Part shown: piece after piece, positions 11,094-22,061 of the stretch
Layout of the letters: each line of letters begins with the position of its first letter
Position numbering within the stretch: the first letter of the stretch is position 1
From: Klebsormidium nitens
Lineage: Eukaryota; Plantae; Klebsormidiophyceae
Assembly (NCBI GenBank): GCA_000708835.1
Contig: DF237579.1
Location: forward strand, 1-49,239
Length of the DNA: 49,239 bases
Reading direction: 5' to 3'
Position numbers and translations under genes: made by a program
The notes under the pieces: model-generated
What the model was told of the DNA's origin: nothing
Databases searched by the model: none
The model's input: the letters and a program-made list of their open reading frames with translations, nothing else

Positions 11094-13955
11094 TTAAGAA
11101 AATACAATAGTGTTGAAGGCAGATGCAAATCCGTGGTGACCTTGCTTCTTCCAGTGTGACAAGAAAGGAGTTGAAAGGGCGGCGATTCGTTTACGAAACA
11201 CTTTCTCGACGAGATCTCCGTCTCCTTGCTGTCGCAGTGAAGACGAGCCGGTGTCCCCGCCCTTCGAAGACTCTGTCCTACTTCCGCTATTGGCCTTGTC
11301 GAAGTAAGCCGTCCCAAAAAACCCTCTTTTGTGGGTGGAACTGATTTGCCGGGGGCAACAGAATGAGACCTGTTCACTCAAAATGCCGGCGAGAATGTAC
11401 TCCGCAAGAAGGACAGCGACTTTAAGGCGACGAACCTGCTTGCTTTACCCCCGCCTTCTCCCTCTCCTGCTCGGTGGTTGCTCGAAGATCGGGCGACAGT
11501 TCGCTTTCGACGTACTGGAGGGTGTCAATTGTGTAGCAGCCCGCAGACTCAACGAGCGCCGCAATCTCTTTGACGCTGGGATAGTAGACTGCACGGCAGA
11601 TGGAGGCAAGCAGGTTTCAACGCGGTATAACCTCACTGGCTGACACCCTAAGAAACGGGTTGAGACAGCAACTCAATCACCTGGTGTTAAAAGGGAATCC
11701 AGTTGTTGAACCAAAGCGGGTCAAAGTTGAACCGTGAAATGATGGAAACGACTGTTTTTGGGCAGTCGGTTGGACGCTGCAGGTCGCAGCTCAACTCCGG
11801 AAGAGCAGACCGATTGCAAGACATGATAGTACTTGGTAAAGGAAGAGTCACTCGTCCTGTTTCGATGCACTTTGGGAAGCAGAGAGCAAGCTGGCATTCC
11901 CGCACTCGAGCTGGTTTCTACCTTCTCAACCCTACTAGAAGCCGCCAAAGAACGGATCCCTTCCTCCAGACCACAGTCAGCACCCCGATCCTTCGGCAAT
12001 TATCAGGAGAACCCTGACGTGAAACTTACGACCGAGCTAGAGCACCAAAATTGGCCTAGGATTTTGTACATCAGGAATTCAAACCGGTGAATAAAGTCCA
12101 AGGCTCTCACCGGGCATGTTGAAGGTGTCAAGGCTCTCTGGATCGAGCACTCCCTCACACACCAGATCCCTCCATGCGTCATCGATGATATCAATCCACG
12201 TGTTTCCCTCGTACCCCGCCTGGGGCAGTTCTTTACGACTGCCTGGGCCTGGAATGTACATCCATAGAAAGCCCCCCGGGACTAACTCCCGACCCCTGCA
12301 AAGAGTGGATGAAACCACTTAGATTGCCCGTCTTGGATTCTCCAAATCTCATATCCAAGTAACTCAAATCTTGCTGGCCTTCGATGCATTGCAGAGACAA
12401 GAAGGTTGCTATAAAACCAGTTGATGTGACTGATGAATATCACGCGAAGTGACCCTCAAATAATACGGAGGGTTTAAGGTACCCGCCTTAACCATGGTGG
12501 GGGAATAGGTTGAGAAGCAGGCCGTGATCAGACTCTCAGAAGAGCCAGTAAGATGTCCCCTCTTCAGAACAAGCGTCATCCCTCTACCTTTGTCATTGAG
12601 AAGTAGAGTCATGTGTAGAATACAGCAGACTCTTTTTGCTTCTTGCAGAAGCAAACTAAAACGTCTTGAAAATGATGCAATAAAAGGGGTGATACAGGCC
12701 ACTGAAATTGGATCTGGCACAGGAACTTGGCGGAGCAATTCTTCGTTGTCAATCATTTGGCAGAGGGGGATCCCTCTGTTCTTGACCTGAGAGACAAGCA
12801 GCACGCTTCATTCAGGACTAGAGAGGAAGATTAAATTGAGGCGTTGTAAGCTGCGAGTCTAGAGAGGGAGTGGCAGACGAGGCCTACCTATAGTGGAGAA
12901 AGTCAGATAGATCCTTAAGGCCCTGTTTTTGGTATGCGTCCTTAACATGCTGGTGCTGTGATCTAGAGTACCAGATTGTACCTGGGTTCCAACGGGGCCT
13001 CTCTGATTCAAGGGGCACCCTGCAGCTCACAGAAGGGAACTGTCAGCGAATGCACTAATCAGGCGCACACTTGCGATCTGAAATGCATCTTTCCACCGGG
13101 ATAATTGACATGTGCTTGAAAGCAGATTCACAACCTCCCATCAAAGATCATCCAACGTCACTTTTTGAATCATGAAATGCAAGGAGTCTCAAATCTTACT
13201 TCACACACAAAATGAAGGAAGTCTCAAGGGGAGTGGGTTTGAAAGTTGCTTCTCATGATGAGCCCCAGATTCAGCATGAACAGGACCTCACTGTTGGATT
13301 TTTGGTCAATCTGGCCACTGCATGATGGCTACTCTAACATAGTACAGATGTCCAACCTTTCTGCAAACCTTGTGGCCACCGATCATTCTTGGACAATCAT
13401 GTATGCATAATTGCAACGAACAGTCCATCATGCTTACCTCGACATCCAATGGAGCGATGTGTTGCACGTGACCATGTGCAGCCAGTTCTTGGGAAAGAGC
13501 GCCTCATAGAACGAGCCTGGCACAGCCGCAGCTAAGAACGTCGGAGCCTGATCGCTCTGCCGCGCCTCTGACGCTCTCTTGAGCAGCAGGTTGAAGTCGT
13601 TGTCTGGAAGATCTGAGAACGACACCATGATCTCCGTATCTGGAGAGAGCTTGCCGGCTGCTTTCAAGCAACTGAGAAGGACGCCGGTCTGATAGACGGA
13701 GTTCTTCCCAGTGGAGCAGCCTAAGTCTGCGACGTGCAACATGCTCTGGTCGGGAATCTGGTAGCGGCTGAGGGCCGCTGTCAGAAGTGGGCGTGCTGTT
13801 TCGAACAGTTGACGCTGGTAAGTTGAGTTTTGGTCGTAGCTGTACTGTCCATCTCCTCCAGCCATCGCATGCAGCCGGTTGGAACGCTTCTGATCTGCGT
13901 CCTGCTGAGCTGGCGGCCCGCTGGCCACGTCAGCATTTCTCTCTGGGGCCTCCAT
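11094..13955 (-). CDS. SABATH-family SAM-dependent carboxyl methyltransferase (3' end unresolved)
   Basis: Exons 13955-13438 (MAGGDGQYSYDQNSTYQ, VADLGCSTGKNS, SDLPDNDFN, VPGSFYEALFP, SLHWMS), 13019-12888 (RVP...WNPGTIWY...AYQKQGLKDLSDFLHYR), 12295-12111 (GRELVPGG...DAWRDLVCEG...DTFNMP) and 11588-~11436 (YYPSVKEI). All are phase-consistent GT-AG joins. A probable last segment (LVEKVFRKRI...NTIVFS*) ends at 11094, but its junction is unclear. Confidence 0.9.
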
Positions 13956-14161
13956 GCTGATCAGTAAGGAACACTGAGGTGACTGCAATCAGAAAGCTTG
14001 AATGACTAATAGCTTGAATGCAAATGATTTGTGCTGATATGCATGAGCTACACCAATTGAGGAGGTTGGGATAGTGCGGGCCTTGACTTTTTTCACAAAA
14101 GAACCAAGAACTTGTGGACTTCAACCTTCCTCAGCAAAGATCACAGGGTCAGAGACCAAAC

Positions 14162-14437
14162 TCAATCATGGCCCCAATTGTATCGGTTTGCCTCCGCCGC
14201 TTCTTTCTCTTCTTGCCAGCCCCGCCTCAACTCGTACGTCTGCCGCCTGAACTCCTTGCAGACCTCAGAAGCATGCACCAAGTCCGCTAGGTCCAATTGC
14301 CCAAAGATCTTGTAGCTCACAGCGTCAGGCAAAAGGCCACCACCACCACTCTCATCAGGAGAGTTCCCGTCACTTCGATCGTTTTCGCCGGCAGCTGGGA
14401 CCTGATCCTTTGTGGAAGTCAAGGTTGAAAACTCCAT
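14162..14437 (-). CDS. Short ORF with an F-box-like motif, possibly the first coding exon of the SABATH gene
   Basis: LLPDAVSYKIFGQLDLADLVHASEVCKEFRR matches the F-box pattern LP-x-E-x-x-x-x-IF-x-x-L-x-x-x-DL-x-x-x-S-x-VCK-x-W/F-R. Same strand as SABATH, with its stop about 200 bp upstream of the SABATH ATG. Confidence 0.55.
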   Translation of the reverse strand: MEFSTLTSTKDQVPAAGENDRSDGNSPDESGGGGLLPDAVSYKIFGQLDLADLVHASEVCKEFRRQTYELRRGWQEEKEAAEANRYNWGHD

Positions 14438-14537
14438 CCCCCAAGATATTTCTACAAGGGCGCCATGACAGGACTGCAGGAGCCTTTAGAGTGTGCGCCG
14501 TGTTCATTCAGTGGCGACACCTCCAAGCACGAGCTAC

Positions 14538-14548
14538 CTATATATAAT
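14538..14548 (-). promoter_or_regulatory. TATA-like box upstream of the F-box ORF/SABATH unit
   Basis: The minus strand reads TTATATATAG about 100 bp upstream of the ATG at 14437. Position and sequence only. Confidence 0.3.
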
Positions 14549-15585
14549 GGCTGCAAATGAGCCGCTGTTGTACAATGCCGTACATACTTCACTGCTGCCA
14601 TGATGCACATGCTGCAAGCAAGACGTCAAAGACTAGCAATTACGGTACCTACCTAAAAGGATCCCTCGCGAGGAAGTTCCGCTGCCCAAGGAAGGATTGG
14701 AAGCAGTGGAAGTAAATATCTGGGCGACCTTTTGGCAGGAGCGTCGCCTACATGTCGCCCAGCATGCAGAGAATGACTGTGCACACGGCACAGAGTCACA
14801 GACTGTGCTAGCCATTGCACGGAACAGCCTGCGGGTATCCCGCAAACGGCGGTGTGCACTGTGCACACTGCACTGGATCTACCGGTAGAATCTGAAGCGG
14901 TAGGATCCTGGCATACCGTATGAAGGGATAGGCTAGACTCTAGAGTAGCTAGACCATTGCCATTGGGCTGGCCGCTGTATCCTGTGACAGCCCAGATCTG
15001 ACACATGGCACTCGGTCTTTGTATCATCCTACGCTGGTAGCCGTACAGAGCTTCAACAACGTTCGTTGTCAGAGACGTGTGTATGACGCGCGCGCATCAT
15101 GAATCGATTTCAAATTGCCAACTACGAGCTGTACGGATGATGACCTCTGCACCTGATGTGCAAGTCAAACCCTGCTTGATTTAACTGTGCAGTGTGCACA
15201 ATTGAAGGATGCTCGCGTGGCTTGCTGGGCTGCGAGTCAAGTTGATTATTTTGTGCAAAGACGTGTTCATGATTAAATGCATTCAATCAATAGCAATCCC
15301 ATCAGAGTTGCTGGGCTGTGCGTCAGATTGACCGATGTGTGCAAAGACGTGTCAACTCAAACACTAGCAGCAATCCCATCAAAGTCCAAAGGAGGCACTC
15401 TGCACGTCGATTCCAGGTACCTGAGTCCTGAAAGGACTCCTACGAGTTCTATGCATTCGATGGGTGAGTGCCATATCGGGCATGAGCTGAACCAAAACTT
15501 CCATACCATGCTGGATTTGTATCATGAACCTCTTCTTGACATGGTCGGACGATCATTAGGTTTGCTAAACCTGTCCTACAATCAA

Positions 15586-18500
15586 TCAAATCCTTGTGAA
15601 CTGCCTCTTGTCCGTCTCTGCCCGCTTGCCATACGGATTCGTGGCACTGAAAGTGTGCCCACTTTTCGACCTCCCCTTTGGCTTGTCCATGCCCGGCAGA
15701 AGCCCCGTGCTCTTCCGCTGCTTTCTAAACTTGGCAGCATTGCTGTCAAGGTTCAAGTTCACCTTCGGTGGAACGCTAAAGCCAAAGGAGGTCGCCACCG
15801 CCTGCACGACCAGACAACCAGACAAAGTGAGTCATGCAAGTTCTGTAGGGAGCTTGCGAAACAACAAGCAGTCACAGAACAGTATGGATCTCCGACTGCC
15901 CCCTGCAGCCACCAGTCTTCGCCACACATTCCGACAATGAATCTTTACATCTCAAATCTACTTACCCAGGAAAATTATTTGCGTGTTTGTGAGTATACTT
16001 GATCAAACGGGTCGGGAACGAAACGAAATTTCAGCCAACAGAGGGAAAAAAACCGTCTTCCGAGTCAATGGTTTGGCATGATGACGTGAACTTGACGTTC
16101 ATGAGATCCCGTCAAGATTTCAATAGGCAGGAAGAAAGCTTGCCTGGTGCGTAATCGCAAAACTTAGCAGGGCTGACAAAACGGCCGACTTTCAAAATTG
16201 AAGAAAAAAAAAGCACAGAATATTCTGATACTCAGCGACCGGGAAAGAACTGACGACTGACAAATACGAAGTCAAACCCTAGTTTTGCCCTCCCCTTGTT
16301 GGAGTAGACACCACCGCAGCACCCTTACAAGAAGACGCCTGATGGACATCTTGAACTAGAGCGGGCCGCTCACCTGCAGGTTGAGGCGGTGCACGTTGAA
16401 CGTGTCCTTCATGGAGTGGCTGTTGTATGCGAGCAGGTACGAGCGGTACGCGTCCTTGGCCGACTGGTGCAGGTAGTAGTTCTTCTCGATCAGCCGCTCC
16501 AGCTGCGACTGCACGTTCGCCACCTTGTTCTCGGGGAACTCGTACTCGTTGAGGGGGACCTGGAGAAGTAAGATTTGGCGCGTCAATAGGTACATTTCGT
16601 GCTTTTGAGAACGCAAAGGACTTGGGGGCAAGATACGCAATGGACTCACACCTCAAGCTTTCAAGCCTTAGGGACTCTCAGAAGGCTGGAAAGGCCTAAC
16701 GCCTAGGAGAGACTTCCGTGGCCCCCACTTTGTTGGACGACTAGATTGACCCAGTTGGATTGTTGATCATTGGGAGCAGTTTCGCAGTCGCGAGCTCAAC
16801 AAAGAGCAGAATGACAACAGCAAAAGCTGCAGTGATTGCGTGCCAACCCCATAGCGGGCCCCATCATGTCCCCCAGTCTCTTTGAAACGAAAGAAAGAAG
16901 AAGAACCGGGGTCACATTCCAAGATCAACCAGAGTGACGTCACGAGAGCGTCAGTCGACAAAGAAGCGGACATGCTGTGACATAATCCATCCACATCCCC
17001 ATTTCGACTCCTTCGCCTGAGGGCTGACAACGAAAAAGCAGCTCACCTTGGCCCCCTTGAGGTAGCGCAGGAAGGGAATCTCCTCGGGCGTGAGGAACAG
17101 GAGGGCGCGGCCGCTGCCGCCCGCCCCACGTGCCGTACGCCCTACTCGGTGGATGTACTCCTTTGGGTCATCGGGAGGGTCGAACTGCGCGGCAGGGATG
17201 GAGATAGTATGGGTCAGCGGGGCTTCGATTCGGAGTTTTAAACGTAGAACGGGCTTGTGGACCTTTCTGGATGATGTCTCAAAAGAAATCCTGCTAGCAG
17301 AATGGTTTTACGATGGAAGTCATCAATCGAGCACGTTGAAGAGATGCACGGACAAGCTGATACGGCGTTCGAAAACGTCGGTTGCAAAGCGAGCAGGGCA
17401 CCAGCATACTCTGACCACAACAAGGACGGCTCCATCACTAGGGCGTGACGTAACATGACATCACTGCACCGTCCCTGTGGACCGCGAACCCACCTGTATG
17501 ATCCAATCTACAGCCGGGATGTCGAGCCCTCGCGCCGCGACATCGGTACAGCACAAAATCCCTTTCTCAGCGTTGCAGAACTCGAAGTAGGTGGACGTCC
17601 GCTTCTGTTGCTTCTGCTTCCCGTGGATGTCCAGCACGGGCAGGTCGATGTAGTTGAGCAGCTCGCTGTGGAACTTGACACTGTTGCACGACGAGAAGAA
17701 CACCATGACCTGCGGTGCAGAGCCCTGGTGTCAACAACAGTGCGGCTCTGCAAGGACCCTTATGTGCATGCACACAAAAAGAGGGATACTGACCTCGCCT
17801 GGACGCTCGTCTCACCCTATTTCCGTACTGATAGTTGCTGCTACGGGAGGTGCAGCAAGTCACGCACCGAACTCCCCTGCAACTCTGATGAAGCTTTGCA
17901 AATCACATGAATCATGGACGGAAACATGGCCTGACAATAGCTGGCCTCTCGAAATTATTCACATAGTGCCGGATCGATAATTCGCGCATCAGAAAGGCCC
18001 CACACTGCCTGACAACAACGGAATTTAATACGTCTCTTCTATCTACAGCGTTTTCAGAACTGTCATCACCAGAACCGCTACAAAACCCTTCTCTCGAGCC
18101 GAAACCCAGGCAAGCCGGTCCTTGGCAGCCAACCCCTCCTTCCTCAGATACGCCCCGCCAAATGACCAGAATACTCAATCAGCTAAACCCTGAAATCTGT
18201 TTCCACGCGCCCTCACCTTCTTCTTGAGGTTCTTCTTGAGGAAGGTAAACAGCAGCAGGAAACGCTTTTCGCTGGGCACAATGCAATACCCCTGCTCCAG
18301 GCCCTCCACCGTCGCATTGGCGCGCCCGTCGTCCACGCCCACGTACAGCGGGGCCTTCTTGAAGCTCACCCGCGCCAGATCCTCCACCTGGGGATGGTGA
18401 GTCAAGTTGTGAATTGACCGTTCTGTGAGTCGTGTCTAATGTCAGGCAATCAACCTAGTCGTCCGCTTATTCTCACCAAAAAGGCGACGTTCGGTACATA

Positions 18501-21241
18501 AGAGGCGATTGAAAAACCAGACTATGTCTCCACCTCTTGAAAATTCTTGCAGAACCAGAGCACGCTACCCCTTTCTGAAGGCTTCAAGCCTCCAGGCTCG
18601 ATCAAGACGCTACTTGCAACTGTTACAGAAAGTGCGGCTTAGACCTCGGATGTGACACTATCACAAACCTGCAAACAATTGTGAGCCGGCGTAACCTGCC
18701 TGTGACAAACGCTTTATCGATCCCTCCGCAACCCCTCCACAAACCAAATTACCCTCGAGTGCATGCTTGCACTTCTCACCAAGTCTTCTCGACACCAGAG
18801 TGGACATAGGCCACTGGAAGGGGTGCAGACAAAAACGGCCCAATACTCATGGCTCTAGCTGGACTGCTCAAAGCGTCTGCCATGCCTGAAAAGCGCGTAC
18901 CTTGGTGGTCTGCGTAGCGGAAAAGAGGACCGTCTGGCGCTCCTTGGGCAGCAGCTTGATGATCTGGCGCATCTCCTCCTCGAACCCAATCTCCAGAATG
19001 CGATCCGCTTCGTCGATTACGAGGCACTGGGAGAAATGAAGCGTTGTGTGAGCCCCAACGATTTCTACACCAGTTCAGGTTTCAACTATCTCCTTCAGGA
19101 TGTTCCCTACTCAGTCAAGAGTAAGCAGAGCTGCCGGGCAACTTTGATGCGATGGAAGAGCAGGCCACCAGCTCAGTAGTCTCACTCGGGTTCTGTTGAC
19201 AAGCACTCTCTTTCCAAACGGGGAGCCCCTCCCGGCTCCCGGTCCCATTCTTAAGCCAAGCCTGACTGTCCCCCACAGAAAAATAACGGTCGAGAACCCT
19301 GGAAGATGTTTACGCCTGCGTGGCACTACTTAAGCTGGTTAAAATTTGAAAGCCCAACGAACCGGGCAAACAGTCCCGAGCTTAGCCTGCCACGGTGGCA
19401 ACTTGATCCCCGATTCACATTAGAAGCGGCGACACATAATCACGTAATATCACTGTAACCTCCGACTTCATTCCCGCAAAACCCTTAAGATCAGGGCGGA
19501 ACCCTAATCTGCATCGACTTGCTGTGGGAGGACGCTGACCTGGAGATTCTTGAACACAAAGCCCTTTGTGTTTTGCAAGTGGTCCAACAGCCTCCCTGGC
19601 GTGGCTATGAGCAGATTTACGCCCTTGGTCAGCTTCTCTGCCTCCGCGCGCCGATTGGCACCCCCCATCACGATGCCGTGACTCTGCCGGTGGAACTTCA
19701 TGAGGTCCTTTGCCACACCATAGATCTGGAAAAACCAAGGGTATATCAAACTTTGTTGATAATGCTCCCAATTCTGTGTTGTGGTGGTAAAAAGTCTGCA
19801 CAAAAGGCTAGAGCATGACAGATCTGCGGTGTTGATGTTGCTGGTAGAGAATGCTTTCACCATTTTTGGAACTTTTGGAACTTTTGGAACAGGATGCCGT
19901 GTGTCTGCCGGTGGAACTTCATGAGGTCCTTCGGCACACCGTAGAACTAAGAACAACAATGGTGGTAAACCATGATTTCATGATGTACTCCACTTTCAAT
20001 GTTGTGGTAGTAGAAATTCTGCACACAATGATAGAGCATAACGGACCTGCGATGCTGATGTTGCTGACAGAAATGCCTTTACAAACTCAAGGACTTCGAA
20101 GCGACCCTGAATTACCAAGGTGGTGCAAAGGTGGCACAATCAGAGATATTGCCAGGCAAATGACGATTATCCGCCAATGGTCTGTCACCACATTACGCTG
20201 GATACACCACCCAATTAATCAGACTAAACACGTATTCTCGCCCGACAATCTGCCCCTACCTGCATAGCCAGTTCCCTCGTTGGTGAGATGACCACCACCC
20301 CCGTCCCATTCCTCGGCATGAACTTGGCATGGTACAGCAGCTCCACAGCCGGCACCAAAAACGCAAGCGTCTTTCCGCTTCCCGTCCGAGCCGCCCCCAG
20401 CACGTCCCGCCCCGTCAGCAGCTGCGGAATCGTGCGCGCCTGCACCTCCGTCATGTTCTCAAACCCCATCTCCTTGATCGCATTCCTGGTGTTTTCCGAG
20501 AGCTCGACGCTCGCGAAAGCCGAGCTGCTCATGATCCCCTCAACCTGGTGCAACCCCCCCTCCATGACGCCCCCCTTGAACTTGATTGGACCTGTGATGG
20601 ACTCGGCGCCCTGTCCGGACACCTCGCCCCCGTCCGCTGTCCGATCCGGCACGTCGTCTTTGTCGTCAATGCCGTCCTCTTCTTCAGGCTCTGCACCACC
20701 TTTACCATTTGCTCCGACTTCCGCCTCCTCTCTAGTTTCTTCGTCCTCACCATTACCGTCACCCACTTTTGGCTTTTTGCCTTTCTTCATTTTTGGCAGC
20801 TTGACGGTGCCCTCAAAGCCAGCTGAGACTTCACCAGTCCCCGCTGCGGCAATCTTAGCCTGATGGGTCTTGCTTCCTGGCACTACCTTCTGCTCATTGA
20901 TCTTCTTTTTCTTCGGCTTCAGTGCCGCCCCATCCTGTGGCAGGCCCTGTCCAGTTCCATTGACTCCCAGGGCATCTGCAGAGCAAGCGACACAAAATCA
21001 GAGATGTATCCCCAAGTCAGTCAAGAGGAAAACCTTGAGCAATCAGGAAAGACAAGACACAACTACATTGAAGGATCAAAGCCAACGAAGGGGAACAAGA
21101 TTGGAGAAGCAAGCAACTGCAGCACTGCTGTCAAATGATACAAGACTTACCTTGAGCCTTTCTCTTCTTTGCACTCTTTGTCCCGTCCAAAGTCTGCTTC
21201 ATCTTCTGCTTCTTGACGGTGGAAGGATTTCCTTCCGCCAT
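15586..21241 (-). CDS. DDX18: DEAD-box RNA helicase DDX18/HAS1 (ribosome biogenesis), 9 exons
   Basis: Exons 21241-21151, 20975-20260, 19725-19540, 19026-18901, 18387-18217, 17709-17494, 17184-17047, 16559-16374, 15801-15586. Motifs: Q-motif [55 protein letters not shown] and the HAS1-type C-terminus [12 protein letters not shown]...[10 protein letters not shown]. Confidence 0.96.
19864..19890. repeat. Micro-tandem repeat (TTTTGGAAC)x3 at the duplication junction
   Basis: Three perfect 9-bp units. Confidence 0.85.
19890..20085 (-). repeat. Tandem duplicate (~220-bp offset) of the intron 2 3' end and exon 3 start of DDX18
   Basis: 19890-20085 aligns with 19670-19860. CTGCCGGTGGAACTTCATGAGGTCCTT is shared exactly, and the intronic parts also align (TGTTGTGGT, TCTGCACA, TAGAGCAT, TGATGTTGCTG). 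Confidence 0.9.
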
Positions 21242-21576
21242 TGCAGCAGTTCGGTAACGCCGAGCACCAGGGCAATTGCCAACCCACCACCTTCTAGCAA
21301 GTGGTCATGGACGGTTCACTCGACTGGTGGTTGCTGGATGGGCGTTTCTCTAGCAGTAGGGCTTTCGAGCGGGTCTCGTTTCGACTACATACCGTATACC
21401 GTAGTACAGAATCCGCAGGGCCAATGTCAAGGCCGGCCTGTTAGGGTACCGGTACTATCGTACTGTTCGAGTGAAGCGCAATTTGTACACTGCACATCAT
21501 ATATGAAACCATAAACTTTAATAGTAATAAGGATCTTAGGTACTGAAAGTACTCATTTTCTCGGCTTAACCAACAC

Positions 21577-21627
21577 TAAAAACCTAAGGACAAAATGACC
21601 TGCTCCGCACCCGAACCCACCCTAACC
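21577..21627 (+). repeat. Dispersed short repeat, copy 1 (inverted copy at 31251-31302)
   Basis: TGCTCCGCACCCGAACCCACCCTAACC (21601-21627) matches the reverse complement of 31251-31277 at 26/27; both copies are preceded by AAAAACCTAA. Confidence 0.7.
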
Positions 21628-22061
21628 ACCAAACTAACCCCACCCGTACTCGTGTAGCCTTGGAGCTACGCGGGGTACAATGAGATCGTCTAATCGACAA
21701 GGAGGTGCGACTGTCTCGACTCAGACTGTGGTCTGACCCGCTATAAATGATACCAACTTGAACTGACAGGGAATGAATGCCTCAAGGACGCTTCTAGGCG
21801 CGCTTAAACCCACTTATAGCTTTCTTCCCCCGGGCGTACATAAGCTGGACAAAAGCTGCGTGCAGCGCTTGGGGAGCTGAGTTCCCCGGTAAGCTTCCGC
21901 AAGAACCTCTTGACGTGCCCAAGCGTGCCCTACACCATGCATCACGCTCTGAATCGGAGGGAGCCCTCTGAGTCTGAGTCTCACTGAGTCTCAGTCTGGC
22001 GGCAGGCTCAGCTGCAACTGTAGGTGTAGAAACTTGAAACGCTTGTGCTTGCCAGCAGAGC

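Noticed and set aside
15277-16002. 241-aa plus-strand ORF
   Set aside because: Antisense to the last DDX18 exon, with no recognisable motif or codon bias.
17988-18069. Possible intronic C/D-box snoRNA in DDX18 (GTGATGA...CTGA about 80 nt apart on the minus strand)
   Set aside because: No terminal stem, and I cannot match a guide sequence to rRNA by eye; would need snoscan or small-RNA data.
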